A stretch of DNA of 64,000 nt, from positions 93,115 to 157,114 of the forward strand of contig JBBQUR010000012.1 in assembly GCA_038212275.1 (NCBI GenBank), read 5' to 3'. Below the pieces are notes generated by a model that saw only the letters and a program-made list of their open reading frames with translations, was not told the origin of the DNA and did no database searches. The position numbers and the translations under genes were made by a program. The stretch comes from Planctomycetota bacterium. Lineage in GTDB: Bacteria > Planctomycetota > B15-G4. Position 1 is the stretch's first letter; every line of letters begins with the position of its first letter. This document shows, in pieces, positions 37,180 to 45,594 of the stretch.

Positions 37180-38706
37180 ATGAAGTCCGTTTCGCTCGCA
37201 CTCGGTTCCCTTGCGTTGGCGCTTGCTGCGCAATCGACGCCTGCACAACTCATTTCCCAGACCGCTGAGTTCGGTGCGTTCTACACAGACGACGCGTCGG
37301 GCCTCAATGTCGGGGTCAACCTCGATCTGGCCAGCGGTCCGATGTACTTCCTGCTCGCATCGTTCGATGGCTTTCAGTCGCTGCCGGCCCTGCTCGGTCC
37401 CTATGCGCTGACTCCGGATGGCAGCGCGCTGTTTCTTGCCAATGTCGATCCCGCGATCGCGGCTCTGCTGCCCGAGCAGTTCAAGATCGACTTCCGGCCG
37501 CTTTACGCCGGCGGGAGCGGCGTCACCACCACACAGGCCGCTTCGATCATCCTGAATGACGACGGTTGCGAGGCACTCAACTTCAACTTCAAGGCCGGCG
37601 GAGCTCCGACGACCGCCGGTGAAGTCGTGAACACGCAGTGGGCCCCGATCGGCCTGCTCATCTCCGGCGAGAGCCAGCTCATTACGCAGCCGAACAAGGT
37701 CATCGTGTTCGACACGGCCAATCCGACCGGCGGGGACGACGACCTCATGACCCCGGGCCCCGGTCCGGGCAACACGGTCGCGCTCGGCAACATCCTGATC
37801 CTGGCCGAGAACGACGTGGATGCGAACAACGACGGCATCGTGGACGACCCCGATGACGCGTTCAACGGCGGCCTGATGCACTTCAACTTCGACCAGCCGC
37901 AGACGATGTGCTCCGTGACGTTCGTGGACGTCGACGACGTGGATCCGGGCCAGGGCATCACCCGTTGCCGCTTCTACGCGGACAACGCCGGCACGATCTT
38001 CCTCGGCTCGATCATCTGCCCGCCCGGCCCGGACAACAACGTGAAGACGCTCTACTTCAACGTCGAGAACGTGCGCCGCATGGACGTGAAGTTCGGTGGA
38101 TCAGGCGGGCTCGGGCTCGTCAGCTACTGCCCGACGTGCATCAACTTCGACGAGACCAGCAAGGACATCCCGCTGAACTACCCGGCCGGCACGATCATCA
38201 CCAACCAGTTCGCCAACCTGGGCTTCAACGTGTCCGCGGTGAACAAGAACGGCGGCTACATGCCGGCCGTGATCTTCGACTCGGCCAACCCGACCGGTGG
38301 TGACACCGATCTGGCGACGCCCGGTTACGGCTTCGGCAACAACGTCGCCGAGGGCAAGATCCTGATCATCCAGGAGCACAACGTCGACGCGAACAACGAC
38401 GGGTTGATCGACGATCCGGACGACAACGCCGACGGTGGCAACATGTTCTTCGACTTCGACTTCGACGTGCACGTCGACAACCTGACCTTCATCGACGTGG
38501 ACGGCCTCGAGATGTCGTGGGTGCAGGGCATCGATTCGAACAACCAGATCGTGGGCACCGTCAACCTCGCGAACCTGGGTGACAACTCGCGTCAGACCAT
38601 CAACATCGACCTCGACAACGTGCGCCGGTTCAAGGTGCACTTCGGCGGGTCCGGTTCGGTGGCCGGCTTCTGCTTCTGCTCGAACCCGCCGAACGACAAC
38701 CAGTAA
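37180..38706 (+). CDS. secreted protein with internally duplicated ~150-aa Asp-rich domain
   Basis: Signal peptide MKSVSLALGSLALALAAQ; two copies of FDxANPTGGDxDL...ILIxxENDVDANNDGxxDDPDD...FxFD...VRRxxVxFGGSG; lower GC than neighbours. Confidence 0.65.
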   Translation: MKSVSLALGSLALALAAQSTPAQLISQTAEFGAFYTDDASGLNVGVNLDLASGPMYFLLASFDGFQSLPALLGPYALTPDGSALFLANVDPAIAALLPEQFKIDFRPLYAGGSGVTTTQAASIILNDDGCEALNFNFKAGGAPTTAGEVVNTQWAPIGLLISGESQLITQPNKVIVFDTANPTGGDDDLMTPGPGPGNTVALGNILILAENDVDANNDGIVDDPDDAFNGGLMHFNFDQPQTMCSVTFVDVDDVDPGQGITRCRFYADNAGTIFLGSIICPPGPDNNVKTLYFNVENVRRMDVKFGGSGGLGLVSYCPTCINFDETSKDIPLNYPAGTIITNQFANLGFNVSAVNKNGGYMPAVIFDSANPTGGDTDLATPGYGFGNNVAEGKILIIQEHNVDANNDGLIDDPDDNADGGNMFFDFDFDVHVDNLTFIDVDGLEMSWVQGIDSNNQIVGTVNLANLGDNSRQTINIDLDNVRRFKVHFGGSGSVAGFCFCSNPPNDNQ

Positions 38707-38810
38707 GGCGCTGACAGAACCAACGGCCTGACCGTCAGCAGCACGGCCACGGCGAGACCGCAGAGGCGGCCTCCCGTGTGCCGTGCTGCTGCGCTTTCCG
38801 GGGCCTGCCG

Positions 38811-40178
38811 TCAGGGCGCCGGCAGGCAGAACATGGTGGCGATGAGCAGGCCGGCCACGGCAAGTCCCCACACGACGGCCCTTCGTGCGCCGTGCTGCGG
38901 CGTGACCCTGTGCCGCAGCCGGTCCTCCAGCAATGCCAAGGCGTGTCCCGCGAAGGGCAGCATGAAGGGCACCATGGTGTGCCGGTAGCGCGCAGACGAC
39001 ACGGTCAGGGCGAGGGTGGCCGCCAGCATCAGCAGCGCGAGGAGCGCGACCCTCGTCAACATGCTCCTCGGGGCGCACGCCAGTCCCGCTGCACCGAGCG
39101 CGAACAACAGCACCGCACACGCGCTGCACAGCAACTGCACGCGTCTTCCCCAGCCCGCTGGCAGGACCCACGCCTGGCGGGAGAGCGTGAGGTGCGACGA
39201 CGCATCAGGTGAAAACCCGTCGAAGGTCAGCGCGATCCAGATGGGAAGCGCATCCTCGGGACCGACCGCCATGCGCAGCCGGGCCCAGGCTCGCTCCGCA
39301 GTCAGTCCCGGGTACTCGAACAGCGCCCTGCGGAACACCTCGTGCGCATGTTCCATGCGTCCTGCCACATCGAGGTCGATGTACTCCTTGAAGAAGTGTC
39401 GCGACGATTCGCCGGGAGGCGTGTTGTCGAGCCCCATCGAAAGGTGACCGAAGGTTCCCGAGAGGATCGAGACGCCGTAGCGCTGCTGCGTCGAGATGAG
39501 CCACGGGAGAGTGACGAGCAGCGCCACGACACCGGTCGCCATCGCGAGACCCAGCCTCGGCAGGAAGCGGGGCGTCGGCCGCAACAGCAGCGCCAGCACG
39601 AAGACGCCGGTCATCGGTACGAGCAGCTCCTTGGTGAGGATGCCCAGCCCGAGGATCGCGCCGAGGACCAGCGCGCGTGAGGCGACGGACGTGCCGCGCC
39701 GGTCAAGCGCGCGGTCCAGGCCGTCGAGCGCCAGCAGGGCAGCCGCGACGACGAGCACGGCCACCGTCTCGGCCATGATCACGGCCGTGGAGAACAGGAC
39801 GGCCTGCGGCAACAGCGCGTAGATCCAGCCCGCCGCCAGCGCCGCGCGCTCTCCGAAATGGCGGCGCGTGAGCTGCATCAGCAGCGCGAGTGCGACCAGG
39901 TCCATGCCGATCTGGATCAGATACGCGCCTGGCCAGGCAGCCGGCGGCGTCACCGTCGTGTCGAGGCCTGGCGCCAGCAGCATGCGGAACAGCGGCGGGC
40001 GGACGCCGAGCGCCAGTGCGGAGAAGTACCCGCTCGATCGGAACTCCTGGGCAAGGAACACGTAGCCGAGCGCATCGCCGGATGGGGCGATCTGGCTGCC
40101 CAGCGGCAGGCACGCGAGGCGCACGACGAGAGCGACGATGAGCGGCCAGATCAGAGTCTGGCGCGCCCTGCCTGTCAT
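38811..40178 (-). CDS. PMT-family (ArnT-like, GT39/GT83-type) membrane glycosyltransferase
   Basis: About 11 hydrophobic segments, N-terminal LIVALVVRLACLPLGSQIAPSGDALGY loop typical of PMT_2 family; ATG overlaps ygiQ stop (ATGA). Confidence 0.65.
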   Translation of the reverse strand: MTGRARQTLIWPLIVALVVRLACLPLGSQIAPSGDALGYVFLAQEFRSSGYFSALALGVRPPLFRMLLAPGLDTTVTPPAAWPGAYLIQIGMDLVALALLMQLTRRHFGERAALAAGWIYALLPQAVLFSTAVIMAETVAVLVVAAALLALDGLDRALDRRGTSVASRALVLGAILGLGILTKELLVPMTGVFVLALLLRPTPRFLPRLGLAMATGVVALLVTLPWLISTQQRYGVSILSGTFGHLSMGLDNTPPGESSRHFFKEYIDLDVAGRMEHAHEVFRRALFEYPGLTAERAWARLRMAVGPEDALPIWIALTFDGFSPDASSHLTLSRQAWVLPAGWGRRVQLLCSACAVLLFALGAAGLACAPRSMLTRVALLALLMLAATLALTVSSARYRHTMVPFMLPFAGHALALLEDRLRHRVTPQHGARRAVVWGLAVAGLLIATMFCLPAP

Positions 40179-42187
40179 GTGCCGTTGCCGCCGCGCGGCC
40201 GCCGGCCAGGACTGGAGCCGGTCGCGGGCCCAGGCGGCTTGCGGGTCGTGTTCCGGACAGGCCGCTTGCGCGGATCGAGCAAGCCGCGCTCGTGCACGAA
40301 ACGGCCGAACTCCTCGACGCGACGACCGGCCCGAGCGCCCAGCGCCGCAGCGGGAGGATGGGCCTTGATCAGGCATTGTGGCCCGTCGCCGATGAGATCC
40401 TCCCTGCCAGCCGCTTTCAGGGCGGCCTCGACGGTCAACCAGTTCTCCGGCTTGAAGAACTGCATGAGCGCACGCTGCATGCGGCGGTCCGTGAGCTTGC
40501 GACGCACGGGCAGTTCCTCGAGCGTGTGTGGATCCATGCCCGTGTGCCACGCCGACGTGGCCAGGTCCATCGGCGCCGGGATGAAGTCCTGAACCTGCTG
40601 AGGCCGGTAACCGGCCTGCTTGAGGAACACCGCCAGCTCGATCATGTCGGAAAGGTCGCTCCCCGGATGGCTGGCGATGAAGTACGGGACGAGGTATTGC
40701 TCCTTTCCGACGGCACGGCTCGCTTCGTCGAAGCGCTCGGCAAAGTCCGTGAAGCTGCGGGTCGGCGGTTTCTTCATCGCGGCCAGCACGCGTTCGCTCA
40801 CGTGCTCCGGCGCCACCTTGAGGTGCCCGCTCACGTGGTGAGCGGCCAGCTCGCGCAGATACTCGGGACTCAGGGTGGCGAGATCCATGCGCACGCCCGA
40901 GGCGACGAACACCCGCTTGACGCCGGGGCGCGCGCGGGCCGCACGCATGAGGCCGATGAGCGGCCCGTGATCCGTTCCGAGATGTCGGCAGATGCCCGGA
41001 AAGACGCACGACAGGCGCCGACAGCTCTTCTCGACGTCAGGCTGCGTGCAGCGCATCTTGTACATGTTGGCGGTGGGGCCGCCGATGTCGCTGATGTTGC
41101 CCTTGAACTCCGGGTCCGCGGCGGCTGCGTCGATCTCGCGCAACACCGAGGCCTCGCTGCGCGACTGGATCACGCGGCCCTGGTGCGTGGTGATCGAGCA
41201 GAAGGAGCAGCCGGCAAAGCAGCCGCGCATGATCGTCACGCTGTCGCGGATCATGCGCTCGGCCGGCACCGCGAGCTTGTAGGACGGATGTCGCCGCCGC
41301 GTGAACGGCCGGTCGTACACCGCGTCCATCTCGTCCTCGGAAAGCGGCATGGCGGGCGGGTTCTGCACGACGAGCCGGTCGCCGTGCGCCTGCACCAGTC
41401 GGCGTGCGTTGAACGGGTTGGACTCGCGGTGAATGGCGCGCGTGGCGAGGCTGAATGCACGCTTGTCGGCAGTCACCTCCTCGAAGGATGGCAGGCGCAC
41501 TGTCGCGGCGTCGGGCCCGTCCTGTGCGGCGCGCGCAGGATCGGGCGTGCCGGTGGAGGACATCACGGGTGCGAAGGCCGGAAGCGTCTGCCGCGCACCG
41601 AGGAGATAGGCAGTGCCCCGGATGTCCGTCAGCGCGCGGACGTCTTCGCCGGCGTCCAGGCGCCGGGCGATGTCGACGACGGCGCGTTCGCCCATGCCGA
41701 AGACGAGCAGATCGCACTTGGACGAGACGAGCATCGACGGGCGCACCGTGTCGGACCAGTAGTCGTAGTGCGCAAGCCTGCGCAGCGAGGCCTCGACGCC
41801 ACCGGCGATGACCGGCACGCCGGGCGCGGCCTCGCGGCAACGCTGGCTGTAGACGTTGGTGGCGCGGTCAGGCCGTTGACCCGACACGCCGCCCGGCGTG
41901 TACGCATCGTCACTGCGCGGCAGCTTGTTCGCCGTGTAGTGGTTGATCATCGAGTCCATGTTCCCGGCGGAGACGCCGTAGAACAGGCGCGGGATACCCA
42001 GCGACGAGAACGCCTTGCTGTCCTTCCAGGCGGGCTGCGCGAGGATGGCGACGCGGAAGCCCGCGGCCTCCAGCGTGCGACCGATGAGCGCCGCAGCGAA
42101 CGACGGGTGGTCGACGTATGCGTCGCCCGACACGATGACGATGTCGGGACGGTCCCAGCCCAGCGCGGCCACGTCGGCAGCCGTCAT
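40175..42187 (-). CDS. ygiQ: YgiQ-family radical SAM protein (UPF0313)
   Basis: LPMTAADVAALGWDRPDIVIVSGDAYVDHPSFAAALIGRTLEAAGFRVAILAQPAW matches YgiQ N-domain; CxxxCxxC radical SAM motif (RGCFAGCSFCS); start set at M79 of ORF (uncertain). Confidence 0.85.
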   Translation of the reverse strand: MTAADVAALGWDRPDIVIVSGDAYVDHPSFAAALIGRTLEAAGFRVAILAQPAWKDSKAFSSLGIPRLFYGVSAGNMDSMINHYTANKLPRSDDAYTPGGVSGQRPDRATNVYSQRCREAAPGVPVIAGGVEASLRRLAHYDYWSDTVRPSMLVSSKCDLLVFGMGERAVVDIARRLDAGEDVRALTDIRGTAYLLGARQTLPAFAPVMSSTGTPDPARAAQDGPDAATVRLPSFEEVTADKRAFSLATRAIHRESNPFNARRLVQAHGDRLVVQNPPAMPLSEDEMDAVYDRPFTRRRHPSYKLAVPAERMIRDSVTIMRGCFAGCSFCSITTHQGRVIQSRSEASVLREIDAAAADPEFKGNISDIGGPTANMYKMRCTQPDVEKSCRRLSCVFPGICRHLGTDHGPLIGLMRAARARPGVKRVFVASGVRMDLATLSPEYLRELAAHHVSGHLKVAPEHVSERVLAAMKKPPTRSFTDFAERFDEASRAVGKEQYLVPYFIASHPGSDLSDMIELAVFLKQAGYRPQQVQDFIPAPMDLATSAWHTGMDPHTLEELPVRRKLTDRRMQRALMQFFKPENWLTVEAALKAAGREDLIGDGPQCLIKAHPPAAALGARAGRRVEEFGRFVHERGLLDPRKRPVRNTTRKPPGPATGSSPGRRPRGGNGT

Positions 42188-42359
42188 GGGGAGGGGCACG
42201 AGCGAAGGTCCGCCCGCACGCTTTGCAGCCTCACGCCCGGCGCGCGTGCCGATCGCCTTGTGCCGCGCGGGATGCGCCTGTCCCGCGGCCTGGGCGCCCG
42301 GCCGGCGATCCTCGTGGCCAGCGCCCGGGGATCCGCCGCTCGGGCTGCGCCTGGTCACG

Positions 42360-42494
42360 CTACTTGGCGAGTTCCCGTCGGCCTGCGGCCCGGCGGCGAC
42401 GGACGACCTTGCGCCCGCCACGCGTCTTCATGCGCGTGCGAAAACCGACCTTGCGGCGGCGCTTGGTGTTGCTGTTGCGCACCTTCGTGTGCAT
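42360..42494 (-). CDS. rpmH: 50S ribosomal protein L34
   Basis: MHTKVRNSNTKRRRKVGFRTRMKTRGGRKVVRRRRAAGRRELAK, 44 aa, canonical L34 pattern (GFRxRM). Confidence 0.85.
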   Translation of the reverse strand: MHTKVRNSNTKRRRKVGFRTRMKTRGGRKVVRRRRAAGRRELAK

Positions 42495-42535
42495 CACGAA
42501 CTCCGGATTCTGAAGGGACCGACGAACAGCCCATC

Positions 42536-43543
42536 CTACGCGGGCGGACGCAGCCGTCGCAACTGTATGAGCGCCACGGCCAGTTCGGGAGGAAGGGGCG
42601 AGCAGACGGCCTTTGCGTCGCGGGAGCCGCCGCCCCCCGAAAGTCCCGCCACGGACGGCACGAAACGCTCGGCATGCACCGCCGGGCGCACCAGGATCGG
42701 CCGCTCGGGGCGGCCTCGTTTGGCGCGGTACTCCAGCTTCAGCTGTGACAGCAGGAGCCGGTCGTCCTCGCCGTAGAGCTTGTCGCAGAGGGCGGGCATG
42801 CCGGCTGCGGCGAGGTGCGCCCGGACCTGATGGCTGCGGCCGCCGCCTTCGGGCCACAGCCGAAGCAGGACAAAGCCTCGCAGCGCCTCCTCGACGCGCC
42901 AGGCCGTGGCACACGGATCTCCGCGGTCCGGGTCGGCCACGAGGCGGACGTCGCTCTTCTTGTGCTTGCCCAGCGGCACGTCGATGCGCCCCTCGGTGTC
43001 GTGCAGGGTTCCTCGCACCAGGGCCAGGTACTCCACGCGGGCCTCGCCGGCGCGGAAGGCCCCGGCAAGTGCTTCTTCCGCGGCCCGGCCGAGCGCTGCC
43101 ACGACGACACCGGAGGTCTCCTTGTCCAACCGGTGCACGGGGCGTGCCGAGGGCCACCTCTCGCGCAGCAGATCCACGGCTGCCGCGCCGCCGCGCCGGC
43201 TTTCGCCGAAGGGCATGCCCGACGGCTTGTCGAGCACCACGAGCGACTGGTCCTCGTGGAGCAGGGGCATGTCCATGTCCTTCGTGGGCGCCAGCTCCTC
43301 TGCAGGCTGCAGCAGCTCCACGCTGTCCCCGGCGCGCAGCGTTGCGCCTGCGCCGGCCACCTCGCCATTCAGGAGGATCTGCTGCGCCCTTGCACTGGCG
43401 AGCAGGCGCTTGCGATCCAGCGGACCCGCGACGGCATCCAGGAAGTCGAAGAGCGAGTGCCCCTTGTGTTCGCGCCCGACCTCGAAGCGCCGGGCCTCGG
43501 TCCTGTCGGTCGGCGCGGCGGGATCGTCGGAGTCTGTTTTCAC
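42536..43543 (-). CDS. RluA-family pseudouridine synthase
   Basis: HRLDKETSGVVVAA catalytic-Asp motif; 335 aa. Confidence 0.85.
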   Translation of the reverse strand: MKTDSDDPAAPTDRTEARRFEVGREHKGHSLFDFLDAVAGPLDRKRLLASARAQQILLNGEVAGAGATLRAGDSVELLQPAEELAPTKDMDMPLLHEDQSLVVLDKPSGMPFGESRRGGAAAVDLLRERWPSARPVHRLDKETSGVVVAALGRAAEEALAGAFRAGEARVEYLALVRGTLHDTEGRIDVPLGKHKKSDVRLVADPDRGDPCATAWRVEEALRGFVLLRLWPEGGGRSHQVRAHLAAAGMPALCDKLYGEDDRLLLSQLKLEYRAKRGRPERPILVRPAVHAERFVPSVAGLSGGGGSRDAKAVCSPLPPELAVALIQLRRLRPPA

Positions 43544-43547
43544 GCCC

Positions 43548-45434
43548 CTACTGTACGTGCAGGCCCCACAGGTTGCTCACGGTGTCCACGTGACTGCTCG
43601 CCGTCAGGTTGACGGCCTGCATCACGATGCGCACACCCGACAGGGCCGGGATGTTGGGGATGGCGCCGATCAACGTGATGTCGCCCGCCGCGTTGAGCGG
43701 GACGGGCAGCAGGCCCGCAGGCGGCAGGACGGAGGCCGTGATCGTGTATCCGCCCTTGATGGGCGTGATGAGCTCGGACAGGGAGACGACGAGGTAGGCC
43801 AGCACGCTCGTGCCGGCATCGCTGTCCAGGTTCAGCGTGACGTCTGCTCCCACGGCGACGGGATCCGGCGTGCTGCTGAATTTGGCCGTCCATGGGACGC
43901 TGATGACCCGCACGTCCAGCGTGCCGTTGCCCGGCACCTGGACGATGAGCGATTCCGTTGCGGGGTCGCTCTCGACGCCGGTGACCAGACTGCCATCCGA
44001 CGTGCGGACGAGGTAGCTGGGCGGGGAGTCGAATCCCGTGAGGCGCAGCTTGTAGCCCAGGTTGTCCGACGACCGGGCGACCACGTGAAGCGGCCAGACG
44101 CCGCCGAGGCCGGCTGTGCCCGCATTGGCGACGACGGCACTCAAGTTCGTCACGTTCTCGACCACCAGCGTGTCGCCTGCCGCGCTTCCGTCGAGGTAGC
44201 TGAAGACGGTCGCGACGGCCTGGGTCGCTTTTGCAAAGCCCACGCTTGCGCTGATGTCGAGTTGTCCGTGAAAGGCAGCCGGCGAGCGGACCACGGTCTT
44301 GGTCGCAAAGAAGTCGAACAGCGCCACTTCATCGAGGACGGCCCAGCTGTGGGGCTTCGGCACCAGGGTCACCGGGTCCACCGTGCCGGTGACCACGTGC
44401 GTCTCCACCGTGCCGCCAACGGACGAGATCAGCGAGGCGACTTGAGCGCCCATCGCCGGCGGATTCTCCACCAGGGTGTCGCCCGTATCCCAGGTCATGT
44501 AGACGGGAATGTTGCCGAGATTGTCGCCCATCGAGATGGACGGGCTGTACGTTCCCGGCGCCGGCGGGTAGGAGCCGGGCACGTTGTAGAGCGTGCTGGC
44601 CTGCTGGTACCGGAACAGCTGCTGAATCACGGAGCCGCCGAAGTTGTACGGATTCTCCAGGATGACCTTCACCGCGCTGTTGCCGAGGTTATAGCTCTCC
44701 GCCCAGTCGTACGTGCCGCTCACGAGACCCAGCGCCGCGATCATGATCCCCTCGGGATCACGGTGCCTCGACACGAAGTTGGCGCACGCGCCGGCGCCCA
44801 TCGACCAGCCCGCCATGTACAGTCGATCGGCATCGATCGAGAAATTGTCGAGCATGTAGTGGATCGCCGCCTCGACGTTCTGTTGCGCCGGGGGTGTGCC
44901 GAAGACGGCGCCATCGATGCCCGTCACCGCCAGGTAGATCCACCCGCGCGCGTTGCATTCTTCATCGACGGTCGACTGCAGCTGCACGCTGTTCGCCGAA
45001 AAACCATAGCCATGCCACGCGATGACCATCGGGCGGGCGTCGCCCGGCACATAGTTCTCTGGCAGCTGGTACCACATGATCTCGGCCACGTCGGTGCCGG
45101 TGCCGCTTGAACCTGCCGGGATGGTCACCTGCACCAGCGTGGGCCCGACATCAGCCGGCGACGCGGTGAACTCCTGGTTCACGAAGCGCCTGTCCTCGAA
45201 GAACATCGAGTCGCGCGGACTGTTGTCGGTGACCGGCGGCAACTCGGGAAAGCCGAGGTTGCCGTTGACCGCGCGCTGGAGTGCCTGCTGCTCGGCCTCC
45301 GCCTGCTGGAACCTCGCCGACTGATCGACGGCCTTGGGGTTCGGCCGCACCTGGGCAATCGCCTGTGCCTGAGCGGTGGCCATGCAGGTCAGTACGGCCG
45401 CCAAGGTCACCGACGCACGACGGAACATCCTCAT
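43548..45434 (-). CDS. secreted alpha/beta-hydrolase (esterase, PHB-depolymerase-like) with C-terminal beta domain
   Basis: Signal peptide; AWHGYGFSANS ... LYMAGWSMGAG nucleophile elbow; paralog of 45595..47466. Confidence 0.65.
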   Translation of the reverse strand: MRMFRRASVTLAAVLTCMATAQAQAIAQVRPNPKAVDQSARFQQAEAEQQALQRAVNGNLGFPELPPVTDNSPRDSMFFEDRRFVNQEFTASPADVGPTLVQVTIPAGSSGTGTDVAEIMWYQLPENYVPGDARPMVIAWHGYGFSANSVQLQSTVDEECNARGWIYLAVTGIDGAVFGTPPAQQNVEAAIHYMLDNFSIDADRLYMAGWSMGAGACANFVSRHRDPEGIMIAALGLVSGTYDWAESYNLGNSAVKVILENPYNFGGSVIQQLFRYQQASTLYNVPGSYPPAPGTYSPSISMGDNLGNIPVYMTWDTGDTLVENPPAMGAQVASLISSVGGTVETHVVTGTVDPVTLVPKPHSWAVLDEVALFDFFATKTVVRSPAAFHGQLDISASVGFAKATQAVATVFSYLDGSAAGDTLVVENVTNLSAVVANAGTAGLGGVWPLHVVARSSDNLGYKLRLTGFDSPPSYLVRTSDGSLVTGVESDPATESLIVQVPGNGTLDVRVISVPWTAKFSSTPDPVAVGADVTLNLDSDAGTSVLAYLVVSLSELITPIKGGYTITASVLPPAGLLPVPLNAAGDITLIGAIPNIPALSGVRIVMQAVNLTASSHVDTVSNLWGLHVQ

Positions 45435-45594
45435 GGCCAGAACCTCGGGCGGGAGGGCGCGGCGTCCGTGTCTCAGGGAAGCGTCGGACAGGCCGGGAAG
45501 CGGGGCAGTCTAGCTGGCATCCCGCATTCTGGCCAGACGCGGCGGACCTCCAGACGCCTGCATCGGCCCTTCACGAGAGGCTCCGCGCCGCACC

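Noticed and set aside
42188-42359. Possible rnpA between rpmH and ygiQ
   Set aside because: Only 172 nt. The translation in all minus frames is not RnpA-like, and rnpA is about 120 aa.
40292-42748. 818-aa plus ORF opposite ygiQ/rpmH
   Set aside because: Antisense to ygiQ and L34, which are unmistakable.
42906-45110. 734-aa plus ORF opposite rluA/esterase
   Set aside because: Antisense to identified genes. Arg-rich.
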